Positions 28,773 through 38,761 are shown, counted from the first letter of the stretch. The stretch: DNA of 64,000 bases from Thermoproteota archaeon (GCA_037917675.1 JAVCBW010000025.1:48289-112288); one strand, 5' to 3'. A program made the numbers and translations. Notes: generated by a model from the sequence alone, not told the origin.

Positions 28773-31564
28773 TTTGGGACCCCACAGTAGTTGACTGTAA
28801 CAACTTGGATGTTTCCTTTACTCCAGTCCATTGCTGGAAGCGGGCCTGGAGTCACTAGAAAATACTGGCCTATGCTTTCCCTTTTCGAGATGGCTGAGTA
28901 TAGCACTTCAAGCACTCTAGCCTTGTTCATCGGATCTAAGTGGACATCAAACTCATCTATAGCTTTTATCGGAGAAGAGCTGCACTCCTGTAGTGCAATT
29001 AGGAACGATAGAGTTGCTAGCGCCTTTTCTCCCCCACTTGCCTTAGCCCTCCTTAGCTCTCGCTCACTGGACTCATGGAATTTAGCTGATATTTCAAGCC
29101 AGCTGCTTTCAGGATCATCCTCTATGTGTAGGATTATCCTACCAGTGGCGCCTACTCCTCTTAAGAGCTCTTGATACCGTGAGTTAGCTTCCCTTATTAG
29201 GGATCGGAGCATTTTCTTCCAAGTCGCGATTCTCTTGCTCAATTCAGCTTCAAGCTTTAGCTTCCTCTCCTGTATCCTCTCTATGTTCTCTCGTGTCATA
29301 TTATACTCTCTTAGAGCTCTCTTATACATCTCATCTGCAGAGAGTATCACGTCTCCAATGTTTTCTAGTGAAACCTCGACTCTAGCTAGCTCCTTTAAGA
29401 TTTCTTCCTCTGATGGAATAGAATCTAGATGCTCTATTGACTTTGGTAAGTTCTTAGATATCTTCTGTATCTCCATTGCTAGGGTTTCTGCCTCTGTGGA
29501 TAATTCTCTTCTTCTGGCGTCTAAGAAAGAAAGCTGATTACTTATCTTTCTCACCTTTTCCTGAAGCAATTCTCTCTTCGCTCTCACCCTCTTTAATCTA
29601 GATTTCGCCTCTGATAGCTGACTGTCTGTCTTAGAAAGCTCTTTGAGAGCAGTTTCAAGGCGTATACTCAGCTCACTCACCTCCTTCCTCAATTTCTGGA
29701 TTTCCTCTTGAATATCTGTCTTCTCTGATAGCAATTCGCTCAGCTTTTTCCTGAGAATTTCTTGTTTAGCTAAAGCTCGCTCTACATCTATCAGCTGCGT
29801 CCTGAGATCTCTCTCTTCTCTTCTAAGCTCCCTCAGCTTGGCCTGTAGTCTTCTTCTCTCTCGCTCTAATGTTGACAGATCTGCCTGTGAGCTGCTCTCT
29901 GCCTGATGTGAAGAATGAATGAAAGTTGATATTATAACGAGGTTGGAGCCTACTTGGATAGCTTCTCTTCTCGAGCTTGTTTTCGGTGAGAAAGTTACTT
30001 CACCTGGCTTCCTAGGAAGCGAGTCTGAGAACTTGAAGCCTGATAGTTGACGTAGAAGAGCAGACAGTACTACCGCAGCTGGAAGCCTAGCTTTGAGCCT
30101 AGTGCCTTCAGGAAGAGCAAACTTGGCTACCTCTCTGCTTGGAGTATTTACGCATGCTATTGTGATGTTGATGCCGTTAGCTGCTCGGTAAGCCTCTAAT
30201 TCCTTGAGAGCTTCTAGGCTCCACGTTACAGCTATATTGGATGGAGCTATACCGATCAGCTGATGCAGAGCCTGTGGGCAGGGGTCTATTAGCTCGGTGA
30301 GGAATGCCCACTTTCCAGCAAGCTGACGCTTGAGCTGCCTGATTAGCTTCTGGTAGGTGGGTGCCGAGCCTAAGGTTTCTTTGTAGATCTTAAACGCTTT
30401 CTGAGCCTGTATCTTGCCATCTAGCTCGTCTAGCCTCTGCTCCAGCTCAGTGACTTCGCACTCCACCTCTTGCAGCCTGTCCTCTATGTTAGGCTTCCTA
30501 GATGCTAGCTGCCTTAGATTCTCTAGCTCTGCCTTAGTTTCTTCTATGCTTCTATCTATTTGAGTGATTTTGCTCTGTGCTTGCTTTAGATCAGCAGTCT
30601 TTCTGTCTTTTAGTGTTGATAGATGGGCTATCTCCCCTTCTATTTTGCGTATCTCAGAGTTGAACGCTTCTATCTCATCTGATAGCTGGTCTTCTAGCCT
30701 CCTGAGGCTAGCTATGGCTCCACTCAGCTTTATCCTTTGAAGGGAAACAATACTAGACTCTACTCTAGATAACTCAGCTTTAACTGTGGCCAGACGTGAG
30801 GCTAGCATCTGTCTTCTCTTAGCTAGCTTATAGGCTCTAGCGAGCGTGAGCTTTTCTTCAAGTTCTTCTCTTATGCTTAACAACTTTTTCCTCTCATTTA
30901 GTTTCTTCCACTCAGCTTCCCAGTACCTTAGCTTCTCTTCTGCCTGTTTTAGTATGAGAGACGCCTCCATTTCATTTATTCTGATTTCCTTTAACTCCTC
31001 TCTAGCTTCAACTATTCTCTTACGATAGGGAGTTATCTGAAGCACTTCTTCTACTAACCTAAGTTTTTCTTCAGGTTTTAGCGCAAGAAACCTTGGACCC
31101 ATGTCCTGCTGCATAAAGACTAGCGGATTCTCTGGATTTATTCCAGCACTCAGCAGGTATGTCCTAATGTCCTTAGAAGAGATTTTGGAGTATGATTTCC
31201 AGCTCTCTCCCTTTATAGCAAAGTGTGAACGCCCGTCTCTGTAGATTACCCGCTTTATTTCAATGATGTCATCTTGTATCTTAGGGAATAGCTTTCTTCT
31301 ATCAGGTAGAGTATTTCTCAGCTTCAGAATGATCTCACTCTTACTGGCACCCTCTCTGATTAGGTCGCTGAGGTTTGAAAGCCCGTCCCTCCCTATGCCT
31401 AGCGCGGTAGCTCCCAGACCTGCTGCGATGCCTATAAGCAGACTCGACTTTCCAGAACCATTTGGGCCTACTATGAACACTACACCATCCTCTATGAAGT
31501 CTATGTGAGCTAGCTCATATACCATAAAGTTCTTTAGAGTTATGCTCTTTATCATGGGAATCAT
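28769..31564 (-). CDS. SMC-family ATPase, Smc5/6- or coalescin-like
   Basis: LKNFM, GPNGSGKSS, MQQD, long coiled coils, SGGEKA, IDEFDVHLD. Confidence 0.88.
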   Translation of the reverse strand: MIPMIKSITLKNFMVYELAHIDFIEDGVVFIVGPNGSGKSSLLIGIAAGLGATALGIGRDGLSNLSDLIREGASKSEIILKLRNTLPDRRKLFPKIQDDIIEIKRVIYRDGRSHFAIKGESWKSYSKISSKDIRTYLLSAGINPENPLVFMQQDMGPRFLALKPEEKLRLVEEVLQITPYRKRIVEAREELKEIRINEMEASLILKQAEEKLRYWEAEWKKLNERKKLLSIREELEEKLTLARAYKLAKRRQMLASRLATVKAELSRVESSIVSLQRIKLSGAIASLRRLEDQLSDEIEAFNSEIRKIEGEIAHLSTLKDRKTADLKQAQSKITQIDRSIEETKAELENLRQLASRKPNIEDRLQEVECEVTELEQRLDELDGKIQAQKAFKIYKETLGSAPTYQKLIRQLKRQLAGKWAFLTELIDPCPQALHQLIGIAPSNIAVTWSLEALKELEAYRAANGINITIACVNTPSREVAKFALPEGTRLKARLPAAVVLSALLRQLSGFKFSDSLPRKPGEVTFSPKTSSRREAIQVGSNLVIISTFIHSSHQAESSSQADLSTLERERRRLQAKLRELRREERDLRTQLIDVERALAKQEILRKKLSELLSEKTDIQEEIQKLRKEVSELSIRLETALKELSKTDSQLSEAKSRLKRVRAKRELLQEKVRKISNQLSFLDARRRELSTEAETLAMEIQKISKNLPKSIEHLDSIPSEEEILKELARVEVSLENIGDVILSADEMYKRALREYNMTRENIERIQERKLKLEAELSKRIATWKKMLRSLIREANSRYQELLRGVGATGRIILHIEDDPESSWLEISAKFHESSERELRRAKASGGEKALATLSFLIALQECSSSPIKAIDEFDVHLDPMNKARVLEVLYSAISKRESIGQYFLVTPGPLPAMDWSKGNIQVVTVNYCGVPK

Positions 31565-31572
31565 CTCCTAAG

Positions 31573-31685
31573 CGGGCCCGGCGGGACTTGAACCCGCGCA
31601 CATGGCTTTCTTCAGCCACCGGAGGCCACCGCTCTACTCTATCTATGAGCCTCTTTCGAGAGGATCCTAGCTGAGCTACGGGCCC
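31573..31685 (-). tRNA. tRNA-Arg(CCG) with 28-nt D-loop intron and 11-nt 37/38 intron
   Basis: GTGGC-CT CCG GA-GCCAT after splicing. Confidence 0.88.
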
Positions 31686-31733
31686 TATCTTTAAATCTCT
31701 CCTAGGGTCGTAATAAGATTTCTGGGGGGTTCT

Positions 31734-33080
31734 ATGAGTAGTCTTTGGAGACGTATTGGTGCACACAGCCATATCAGGGGGCTTGGTGTTGAGGGTATAG
31801 AGCCTAAGCCCATTGCTGACGGGATGGTTGGGCAGATTAAGGCTAGGAAGGCTGCGGCAATAATAGCTAAAATGATTTCAAGAGGAGTAATGGCTGGAAG
31901 AGCTATATTGCTTGCCGGGCCTCCAGGAACAGGTAAGACGTCGATTGCTGTTGGATTGGCTAAGGAGCTGGGAGTAGATGTCCCATTTGTCCAGATATCT
32001 GGTAGTGAGATATACAGCAGCGAGCTCAAGAAGACAGAGGTTCTCATGAGAGCCATGAGGAAGGCTATTGGAATTAAGATACATGAGCGAAGGAAGATCT
32101 ATGAGGGAGTTGTTGTAGAGCTCAATATCAACATGGTTCAAAGCCCATATAACCCGTATCAGAGGATCCCAGAATCCGTGAGATTGACTCTCAGAGCAGG
32201 AGAGGAGAGAGAGAAGCTTAGGGGAGATAGGAGTATAGCTGAGCAGATTATAGCACAGGGCATATCAGAGGGAGATGTCATAATGATAGATTCTGAGACT
32301 GGAAGAGTCATTAGAGCAGGGAGATGCAGCGAGTACGCAGAGGAAAAATATGAGGTAAGCAGTGAAAAGCTTGTTCCAGTACCTCCTCCACCAGTGCTTA
32401 AAGAGAAGGAGTTCGTATATACGATGACCCTCCATGACTTGGATGAAATGGAGGCTGGACGGTCTAGAGGAGTATTTAGCTTGCTATTCGGTGGGGGAGA
32501 AGAGAAGGAGATAAGCCCTGATGTGAGAGCTGCTGTCGATGAGCGGGTGAAAAAGCTTGTAGAGAACAGGGGGGGAGATAGATGGGCGGAAATAGTGCCA
32601 GGGGTCCTCTTCATAGAGGAAGGACACATGCTCGATATAGAGGCTTTCTGCTTCCTCAACAGAGCTATTGAAAGCGAGCTGGCACCGATAGTCATAATAA
32701 CAACAAACAGGGGGGTGACTAAGATCAGAGGAACCGACATAGAAGCACCACATGGAATGCCTCTTGACTTACTGGATAGACTATTCATAATAACAACAGA
32801 TACCTATAGCGAGGAAGAAGTAGAGGCTATCATAAAAGAGAGAGTCAAAGTGGAGGGAGTCAGGATGGATGATGAGGCACTTGCAGTCCTAACTAAGCTT
32901 GGGGTTGAAAAATCGCTAAGGTATGCCATCCAGCTTATAGCACCAGCATATGAAGTAGCTAGAGCTAAAGGAAGAGACGTAATAGTCAGAGATGATGTTG
33001 AAGATGTCGCAGAGCTCTTCTCAGATGTCAAGAGGAGCGTGAGCCACCTTAAGAAGTATGAGAGGGAGCTTCTAGCATAG
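31734..33080 (+). CDS. TIP49/RuvB-like AAA+ ATPase
   Basis: RIGAHSHIRGLG, GPPGTGKT, PHGMPLDLLDRL, SLRYAIQL. Confidence 0.95.
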   Translation: MSSLWRRIGAHSHIRGLGVEGIEPKPIADGMVGQIKARKAAAIIAKMISRGVMAGRAILLAGPPGTGKTSIAVGLAKELGVDVPFVQISGSEIYSSELKKTEVLMRAMRKAIGIKIHERRKIYEGVVVELNINMVQSPYNPYQRIPESVRLTLRAGEEREKLRGDRSIAEQIIAQGISEGDVIMIDSETGRVIRAGRCSEYAEEKYEVSSEKLVPVPPPPVLKEKEFVYTMTLHDLDEMEAGRSRGVFSLLFGGGEEKEISPDVRAAVDERVKKLVENRGGDRWAEIVPGVLFIEEGHMLDIEAFCFLNRAIESELAPIVIITTNRGVTKIRGTDIEAPHGMPLDLLDRLFIITTDTYSEEEVEAIIKERVKVEGVRMDDEALAVLTKLGVEKSLRYAIQLIAPAYEVARAKGRDVIVRDDVEDVAELFSDVKRSVSHLKKYERELLA

Positions 33081-33087
33081 TGGTAAG

Positions 33088-33780
33088 ATGAAAGCTGTAG
33101 TGCTTCTCGGAGGAGCATTCTTCAAAGGGAGAGGGGCGGCAGATAGGCTGAGAGAGCTCTGTGACACCATATTTACTGCATTTATTGAAGGATATAGGCT
33201 TGGAGTAGTAGCAGGCGGCGGTGAGCTAGCACGAAAGTACATTAAGCTGGGAAGGGAGCTTGGACTCAATGAGTGTATGCTGGATCTCATAGGGATAGAA
33301 GCTACTAGAATGCATGCGCTACTTGTGTTCTACTTACTTAGAGATAGGGTTCCTACCAGATTTCTGTGGAGCATTGAAGACATACACGAGCTAAGGGGGG
33401 AGATTGCTGTTTGCGGAGGCATCTCACCAGGCCATTCAACAGATGCTACCGCAGCTCTGTTAGCAGAGGCCCTTGGAGCAAAGCTGGTCATAAAACTCAC
33501 AGAGAGCGGAGGAGTATATAGTCGATGTGAGATGGGAGAAGGCACCATATTGAAGGAAGTCACTACCGAAGAGGTGAGAAGGATACTAAAGGGTTCTGGA
33601 AAGAAAGCAGGAGAATATGAGCTATTAGACCATGTTGCAATCAATATCATCGAGAGATCTCAGCAGGAATGGAGAATAGTGCCGGCAAGTAAGCCAGGGA
33701 TTGTGCTTGATATATTAAGGGGGAGAGGAGAGGTGGGTACAAGAGTTGTAGTAGGGGGGGGTCTTGAGGAGAAAGAGTAA
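33088..33780 (+). CDS. pyrH: UMP kinase
   Basis: VVAGGGELARKYI, LDLIGIEATR, PGHSTD, GEYELLD. Confidence 0.88.
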   Translation: MKAVVLLGGAFFKGRGAADRLRELCDTIFTAFIEGYRLGVVAGGGELARKYIKLGRELGLNECMLDLIGIEATRMHALLVFYLLRDRVPTRFLWSIEDIHELRGEIAVCGGISPGHSTDATAALLAEALGAKLVIKLTESGGVYSRCEMGEGTILKEVTTEEVRRILKGSGKKAGEYELLDHVAINIIERSQQEWRIVPASKPGIVLDILRGRGEVGTRVVVGGGLEEKE

Positions 33781-34090
33781 GAAACCTAGCGTAGTAGGCT
33801 ATGTCATATCTGAAATCTTTTATGGTGCAGTGTTGGCAGCAATAGCCTTTGGAGTGTCCTTTGCTATCGGAGAGTATGGGGTATGGGTCTCACATCTCTG
33901 GATGCTTAGCAGAGAAAAGACAATGAGGATATTTTATCTCCTCATAGTGGCCATATCCTCGTTTTTCCTGATAATACCGCTCTACAATAAGAGGTACATG
34001 CAGCTCTTTGGAAGCTTAATTGTTCTAGCAGCCCTGTGGGCATTAGCACTTAGAACCTTGGATCCAGTAGCGCTAATATTTGGAGGATAG
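33764..34090 (+). CDS. Small integral membrane protein
   Basis: Three hydrophobic segments; overlaps pyrH stop. Confidence 0.6.
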   Translation: MRRKSKKPSVVGYVISEIFYGAVLAAIAFGVSFAIGEYGVWVSHLWMLSREKTMRIFYLLIVAISSFFLIIPLYNKRYMQLFGSLIVLAALWALALRTLDPVALIFGG

Positions 34091-34175
34091 TGCTCCGGGC
34101 GGGATTCGAACCCGCGCTAGCGGCTTTCTCCTTCTCGAGAGGCCGCCGTGCTTGGCCTGGCTACACTACCGGAGC
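34091..34175 (-). tRNA. tRNA-Glu(CTC) with 10-nt 37/38 intron (34126-34135)
   Basis: GCGGC-CT CTC GA-GCCGC; helix CTCT/GGAG. Confidence 0.92.
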
Positions 34176-34220
34176 ACCTATGCTTACTCTGAGCGGAGGT
34201 TCTTAAACTTGTCGATCTCT

Positions 34221-34790
34221 GTGAGAAGACTTTGTGTAACTGGAACACCAGGAGTAGGAAAGACCACTGTTAGCCTCAGGTTAGCAGAAGCCATAGGTGT
34301 TAGGTATATAGATCTTGGTGATCTCGTTATTAGACGTGGCTGGATATGTGGATATAACTACGCGAGAAAGAGTTTTGTAGTAGATGATAAGCTACAGAAC
34401 CAACTTAAACGATATCTTATAGAAGTTAGGGAGTATGTTATAGACACTCACTACTGTGAGCTTATTCCTTCAGAGTGTATAGATGTAGTAGTAGTGCTCA
34501 GGTTTAATCCAAAGCTACTTTTTGAGAGACTCTCTAAAAGGGGATATGGTATCAGGAAGATATGTGAGAACACACTAGCTGAGTTGCTGGACTACTGTCT
34601 GATAGCTGCTATAGAAGCCCATGGGAAAGATAAGGTTATTGAGGTGGATGCAACTGGAAAGAAAGCTGATGACATAGTAAATGAAATACTCAGAGTGGCT
34701 TCTAGGGGAGAGAGAAAGGTAGGTGTGGTTAACTGGCTTCAGGAGGTTGATAGTGAGTTTTTATCAAAACTGGAGCAGGGGCTTGAATAG
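34221..34790 (+). CDS. Adenylate kinase AK6/Fap7 family
   Basis: TGTPGVGKTT, IDTHY, RLSKRGY..KICEN..AE; ORF-track N-terminus is tRNA antisense. Confidence 0.9.
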   Translation: MRRLCVTGTPGVGKTTVSLRLAEAIGVRYIDLGDLVIRRGWICGYNYARKSFVVDDKLQNQLKRYLIEVREYVIDTHYCELIPSECIDVVVVLRFNPKLLFERLSKRGYGIRKICENTLAELLDYCLIAAIEAHGKDKVIEVDATGKKADDIVNEILRVASRGERKVGVVNWLQEVDSEFLSKLEQGLE

Positions 34791-36525
34791 TCTTGACGAA
34801 AGCCCACCCAGCCCTCAGGCTCACTAGCATCTTAGATGTAGAGGACGATACTGCTAGTATCTTAGATGCCACCTTGATATCATCTAGGGAAGCCTGACGT
34901 AATATCACTTTAGTTCCGGTGTTTTGAAGTATTGCAGTGGATAATCTTGAAAGAGATTGCGCAGTCATTATCAGACAGACACCAAATTTCCTAGCTTCAG
35001 ATACAAGATAGTCTATTATCGAGAGGTCGTTCTGGCCATACTCAGGGGAGATCTTCTCAACTTCCTCTAGAAGCACAGCTAGCCGTAGGTTAGCTGTCTC
35101 ACCAGATAACTTTATGGCATCATATATGTACCGTAGAATTAAGTAGACGAGGAGCTTTCTAAGCTCGCTGGAAAACACTGTGGAGAGATCTATGATACAA
35201 GGCTTTGACGAGAGCACATCCCATTCGATGGAGCCTGAGGAAAACAACTTAGCTCCTTGGCCTCTGGTGAATTTTGTAAGCTTACGAAGAAGAGCCATCT
35301 TGGTCTCATATTCTGCATAGCTTTTCACACTGAGGGATTCTATGGCATCAACTAGCTTCCCTATAGAGGGATTATCAGACTTCGCTACTGCTTCGAGAGT
35401 TTTAGAAAGCATAACGGACTGTGGGAGGGTTAGATCTAAGACCTCAGTGAAGACATCTACTATGAATTCAGCGTATTCGCTGCTATATCCAGTAAAAGGG
35501 TTTGCTAGCAGATTTATCTTAAGGGATCCATCTTCTATGGACAATTTCATGAAGCCAGATAGATCTCTGTACTCTCCATGTAGGTCGAACACTAAGACAG
35601 GCACGTTGAGCTTGGTAAGCTGTAAGATTAAGCACTTAGCTAGTGTTGTCTTTCCTGATCCTGTAGCACCAGCTATTAGTATGTGAGACAATAGTTCTTG
35701 TAATGGAAGCAGGTAGTCTATCGGTGATGATATCACAGGGATGCATGTACCTAAACTTACTGCTGGCCCCTTTGGAGCTGGTGGGGGGGCTACTGTCCTA
35801 GAGCCGCCTATATCAGAGAGCTTTTGAGCAGGGATATCCAGTGGAAGCAGCAAGCTGAATCTTTCAATAGGTGATTGAAAATCCAAAGATTGAGAGTGGG
35901 TATACAGAGGGCATAGTACAGCTTGCAAATCTCTGATTGAAATAAGTTCAAACTTGAATTCAGGATAGAAGCTTGACATGATTGATAACATAATGTCTAA
36001 AGCAGTTGAGACCTCCTCAATGGACTTGTAGCCAACATATTTGGACCATAAGATCAAGGCAACATCCATGCAAGCTACTTTATCGCCTACTATCCTCGGA
36101 ATGCTCTTTGAAGATATTGTTAGAGTATACATTATGTTTAAAGACGATCTCTCGACGATGCTGGCCATAGATGATAATACAGGAAGCTTATCTACTCTTC
36201 TATGCGCATTCTCTGCTTCAGCTGCATCACTGATAGACGCTACTCGGATACCAGCTACAACATACTTTTTCCCATCTAGTTCTACTAGAAAAACACCATC
36301 AACGTTTTTCAGGATAGAGAGGGAAGATGCTGACAGCATTCTGTAGAACCCTACCTTAGCTAACAGAGCGAATAGAGCACCTACGGGGAGTAATATGTAT
36401 AGAAACGCCTTCTTGAGGCCGAGTGTGACTTGTATACCGGACTTAGATAGGTATATGAGAATAGCTACCACTACAAGCAGAGAAAATATAGCAAGCTCTA
36501 CTTTGCTTACCTCCTTCTGAGTCAA
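34729..36525 (-). CDS. Membrane-anchored HerA/VirB4-like ATPase
   Basis: Two N-terminal TM helices; HILIAGATGSGKTT, FDLHGEY, LLEEVE, EARKFG, NTGTKVI. Confidence 0.82.
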   Translation of the reverse strand: MTQKEVSKVELAIFSLLVVVAILIYLSKSGIQVTLGLKKAFLYILLPVGALFALLAKVGFYRMLSASSLSILKNVDGVFLVELDGKKYVVAGIRVASISDAAEAENAHRRVDKLPVLSSMASIVERSSLNIMYTLTISSKSIPRIVGDKVACMDVALILWSKYVGYKSIEEVSTALDIMLSIMSSFYPEFKFELISIRDLQAVLCPLYTHSQSLDFQSPIERFSLLLPLDIPAQKLSDIGGSRTVAPPPAPKGPAVSLGTCIPVISSPIDYLLPLQELLSHILIAGATGSGKTTLAKCLILQLTKLNVPVLVFDLHGEYRDLSGFMKLSIEDGSLKINLLANPFTGYSSEYAEFIVDVFTEVLDLTLPQSVMLSKTLEAVAKSDNPSIGKLVDAIESLSVKSYAEYETKMALLRKLTKFTRGQGAKLFSSGSIEWDVLSSKPCIIDLSTVFSSELRKLLVYLILRYIYDAIKLSGETANLRLAVLLEEVEKISPEYGQNDLSIIDYLVSEARKFGVCLIMTAQSLSRLSTAILQNTGTKVILRQASLDDIKVASKILAVSSSTSKMLVSLRAGWAFVKTIQAPAPVLIKTHYQPPEAS

Positions 36526-36527
36526 TG

Positions 36528-37355
36528 CTACTCACAGCTAGATATGATGCCTGATAAAGCCTTCATGTGGTCGTGTAAGGAAGACATATGTAATTCTGCT
36601 AACTTACATAGCATAGACTGAGTTATTGCACCTCGTTTCCTTCCCCTTAGCTTCCTCAGCACTGTCGAGTAGGATAGATATACTACTGCTGCTGCGATGG
36701 CACTAGGCCTTTTACCAACGTAATATGACTTAGGGACCTTTGCTGCCATCTTAAAAGCTTCCCTCCTGACTATAGGTAGTAATTTGAGATCCTCATTAGA
36801 TCTCTTTAATGACAGTATATGCTCTATTTTCGAGAGCAAATTTTCAACATACAATGGGAGCATAGGTGGGTTAACTCTGGAAATTGAGTTATATGCCATT
36901 AGATTCCTCATCAGAGTTCTAACTTTGATTCTTCTGCCCATTTCTGAGACAAGAGGCACGACATCAGAGATTTTAATCGGTTGAAGCCCTCCTACCTCCC
37001 TAACTGCAGCCAATATGGAGACAATAGCTATATATGTTGAGTTAGTGAACTTGCTTCGATGGTAAGTGATTAAGTAGGAAGCTGTTTCAAGAGCTTTATC
37101 TCGCACAGCCCTTGATAAGGATAGCGAGTCGCAAACATATTTTATTACTGTATTAGTCCTATAAACAGCCTTCCTATAGGCATTTCCATTCGATTTAGAC
37201 TCCATTGGTTTAAATGATCTATAATGATTCATATTGAAGTAGGATATACTTGACATATCACGCCTTAAGACTTCATCTATCACCAATCCACAGTTTGGGC
37301 ATATTATCTCAAAGCCTTGTACAACACACTCTACACCACAGTTTGGGCAAGACAT
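36528..37355 (-). CDS. Divergent TFB (TFIIB) paralog
   Basis: CPNC..CPNCGLVIDE Zn ribbon; cyclin repeats with GKRPSAIAAAVVYL and ITQ; no recognisable B-reader. Confidence 0.75.
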   Translation of the reverse strand: MSCPNCGVECVVQGFEIICPNCGLVIDEVLRRDMSSISYFNMNHYRSFKPMESKSNGNAYRKAVYRTNTVIKYVCDSLSLSRAVRDKALETASYLITYHRSKFTNSTYIAIVSILAAVREVGGLQPIKISDVVPLVSEMGRRIKVRTLMRNLMAYNSISRVNPPMLPLYVENLLSKIEHILSLKRSNEDLKLLPIVRREAFKMAAKVPKSYYVGKRPSAIAAAVVYLSYSTVLRKLRGRKRGAITQSMLCKLAELHMSSLHDHMKALSGIISSCE

Positions 37356-37483
37356 CTAAGCTACACACCAGCTGCCACCATGTATCAGGTTGTTTTAATT
37401 AATTTAATATGTTTCTTTCAATAAATCCTTCAGTTTAACTAGGGGAGAGTATAGATATGTAATAACTCCTATATTTAGGGGTA

Positions 37484-37861
37484 TTACTTGGGAGCAATGC
37501 TCAGAAAGTTCCCTCTTAGAATAAGGTATATGTGGTTGCCTTCCCTGAGATCAATAATAGGTAATTTGCCGACGGCCAGGAAAAGCAGCCCTCCTATAGA
37601 CGCAAGAATCTGCGTTTCTTTCTTATCGTGCCTAATTCTATAGACTATCCCACGAACGACAACTCTCTGCTCTCTACTTGGCTCAGGTCTTGATTTCGTT
37701 ATGATCAACTCACCCTGCTCACCTACCTTATATATGGCTAAGTTACGAGGTAGCTCCAGTTTGAAGGCACATGGCTCATCTACGGCTTTAAAGTTCAAAA
37801 CATCAATATCATAATCAGGAGAGAGCTCAATGTGGTCTAGCACCACCTTCCATCTCATCAT
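37484..37861 (-). CDS. rpoG: RNA polymerase subunit Rpo8 (RPB8-like)
   Basis: VRGIVYR...ASIGGLL OB-fold signature. Confidence 0.7.
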   Translation of the reverse strand: MMRWKVVLDHIELSPDYDIDVLNFKAVDEPCAFKLELPRNLAIYKVGEQGELIITKSRPEPSREQRVVVRGIVYRIRHDKKETQILASIGGLLFLAVGKLPIIDLREGNHIYLILRGNFLSIAPK

Positions 37862-37914
37862 CTGAAACCCCACAAGGTATTAATCTACAGGACCAGTTAC
37901 CTACGGGTGGTAGC

Positions 37915-38343
37915 TTGGAAAGCCCGAGGAGAAGCTTCCTTAAAGAACTTTTGCAGCTAATAGGAGAGACTGTGACAGTGTTTACAAATGGTGAAAGAAT
38001 AGAAGGAGTTCTTCTGGGAGTAGATACAGGTAGCATGAGCGTTTGCTTAGCTAATGCAACAACAGAAAAGGGGAAGTTCCATAGACTAATAGTTCCAGGA
38101 AGCAACATTAGGAGTATAGCGAAGATAGAGGCTTCCCTTGATATGAAGAAGCTATATGATGAGATAAAAAAGAAGTTTGATCCAGATCTCATCGAATATG
38201 ACCAGAGTAAAGGTGAAATAAGAGTGCTTCAAGGTAGGGTGATCGTCACGAAGAGAGGAGTAGCATCTGAGAAGAAGGATAGGATATATGAGATGGTTAA
38301 GAAAATTTACGATAAGTTCGTTGAAGAAAGCGAGAGGAGCTAG
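37915..38343 (+). CDS. Sm-like protein with C-terminal extension (SmAP3-type)
   Basis: IEGVLLGVD..MSVCL, LIVPGSNIRSI plus extra C-terminal domain. Confidence 0.75.
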   Translation: MESPRRSFLKELLQLIGETVTVFTNGERIEGVLLGVDTGSMSVCLANATTEKGKFHRLIVPGSNIRSIAKIEASLDMKKLYDEIKKKFDPDLIEYDQSKGEIRVLQGRVIVTKRGVASEKKDRIYEMVKKIYDKFVEESERS

Positions 38344-38351
38344 CTTCCAGC

Positions 38352-38654
38352 TTATAGCCGGACTCTTCCACTCTTTTTGATTATATAAAGCTTCAACAGC
38401 TTTTCATCAAGTATTATAGTATGTGATATCTTCTTAACAAGCTTAAAGGGAATGAAAACGCAGCCCTCTTTATCTCTTCTGAAGAAAGTAAGAATCTCAG
38501 CAGTTTCAGGTTCATCGAGCTCTGGCTCACATACTATGCTTAGTATCTCTCCAGTAAGCTCATTAACAACAAGATCCCTTAACCTGCCTATCAAACGGCC
38601 ATCATCTGTTAGAATTTGGAGATCCTTTAACCTACCGACAGAGAACCTTGGCAT
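38352..38654 (-). CDS. PRC-barrel protein (CdpB-like)
   Basis: TDDGRLIGRLRDLVVNELTGEI, IPFKLVKKI. Confidence 0.8.
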   Translation of the reverse strand: MPRFSVGRLKDLQILTDDGRLIGRLRDLVVNELTGEILSIVCEPELDEPETAEILTFFRRDKEGCVFIPFKLVKKISHTIILDEKLLKLYIIKKSGRVRL

Positions 38655-38676
38655 TCACACTACACCTCCAGCCTAG

Positions 38677-38761
38677 TGGGCCGGGAGGGACTCGAACCCT
38701 CGACCTCCGCCTCGTCAGGACGGCTTCATGCCACTGAGTCATACCCCTAGACCACCGGCCC
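38677..38761 (-). tRNA. tRNA-Val(GAC) with 13-nt intron at 25/26
   Basis: CCGTC-CT GAC GA-GGCGG; intron TCAGTGGCATGAA. Confidence 0.92.

Noticed and set aside
31515-31772. ORFs spanning tRNAs (31515-31772, 23460-23693, 44779-45030, 5' parts of 34080 and 23528-24247)
   Set aside because: Artefacts of reading through tRNA genes
32560-32630. Short insertion (NRGGDRW) and Walker B variant EEGH in TIP49 as another mRNA intron
   Set aside because: In frame, no stop, no BHB pairing found
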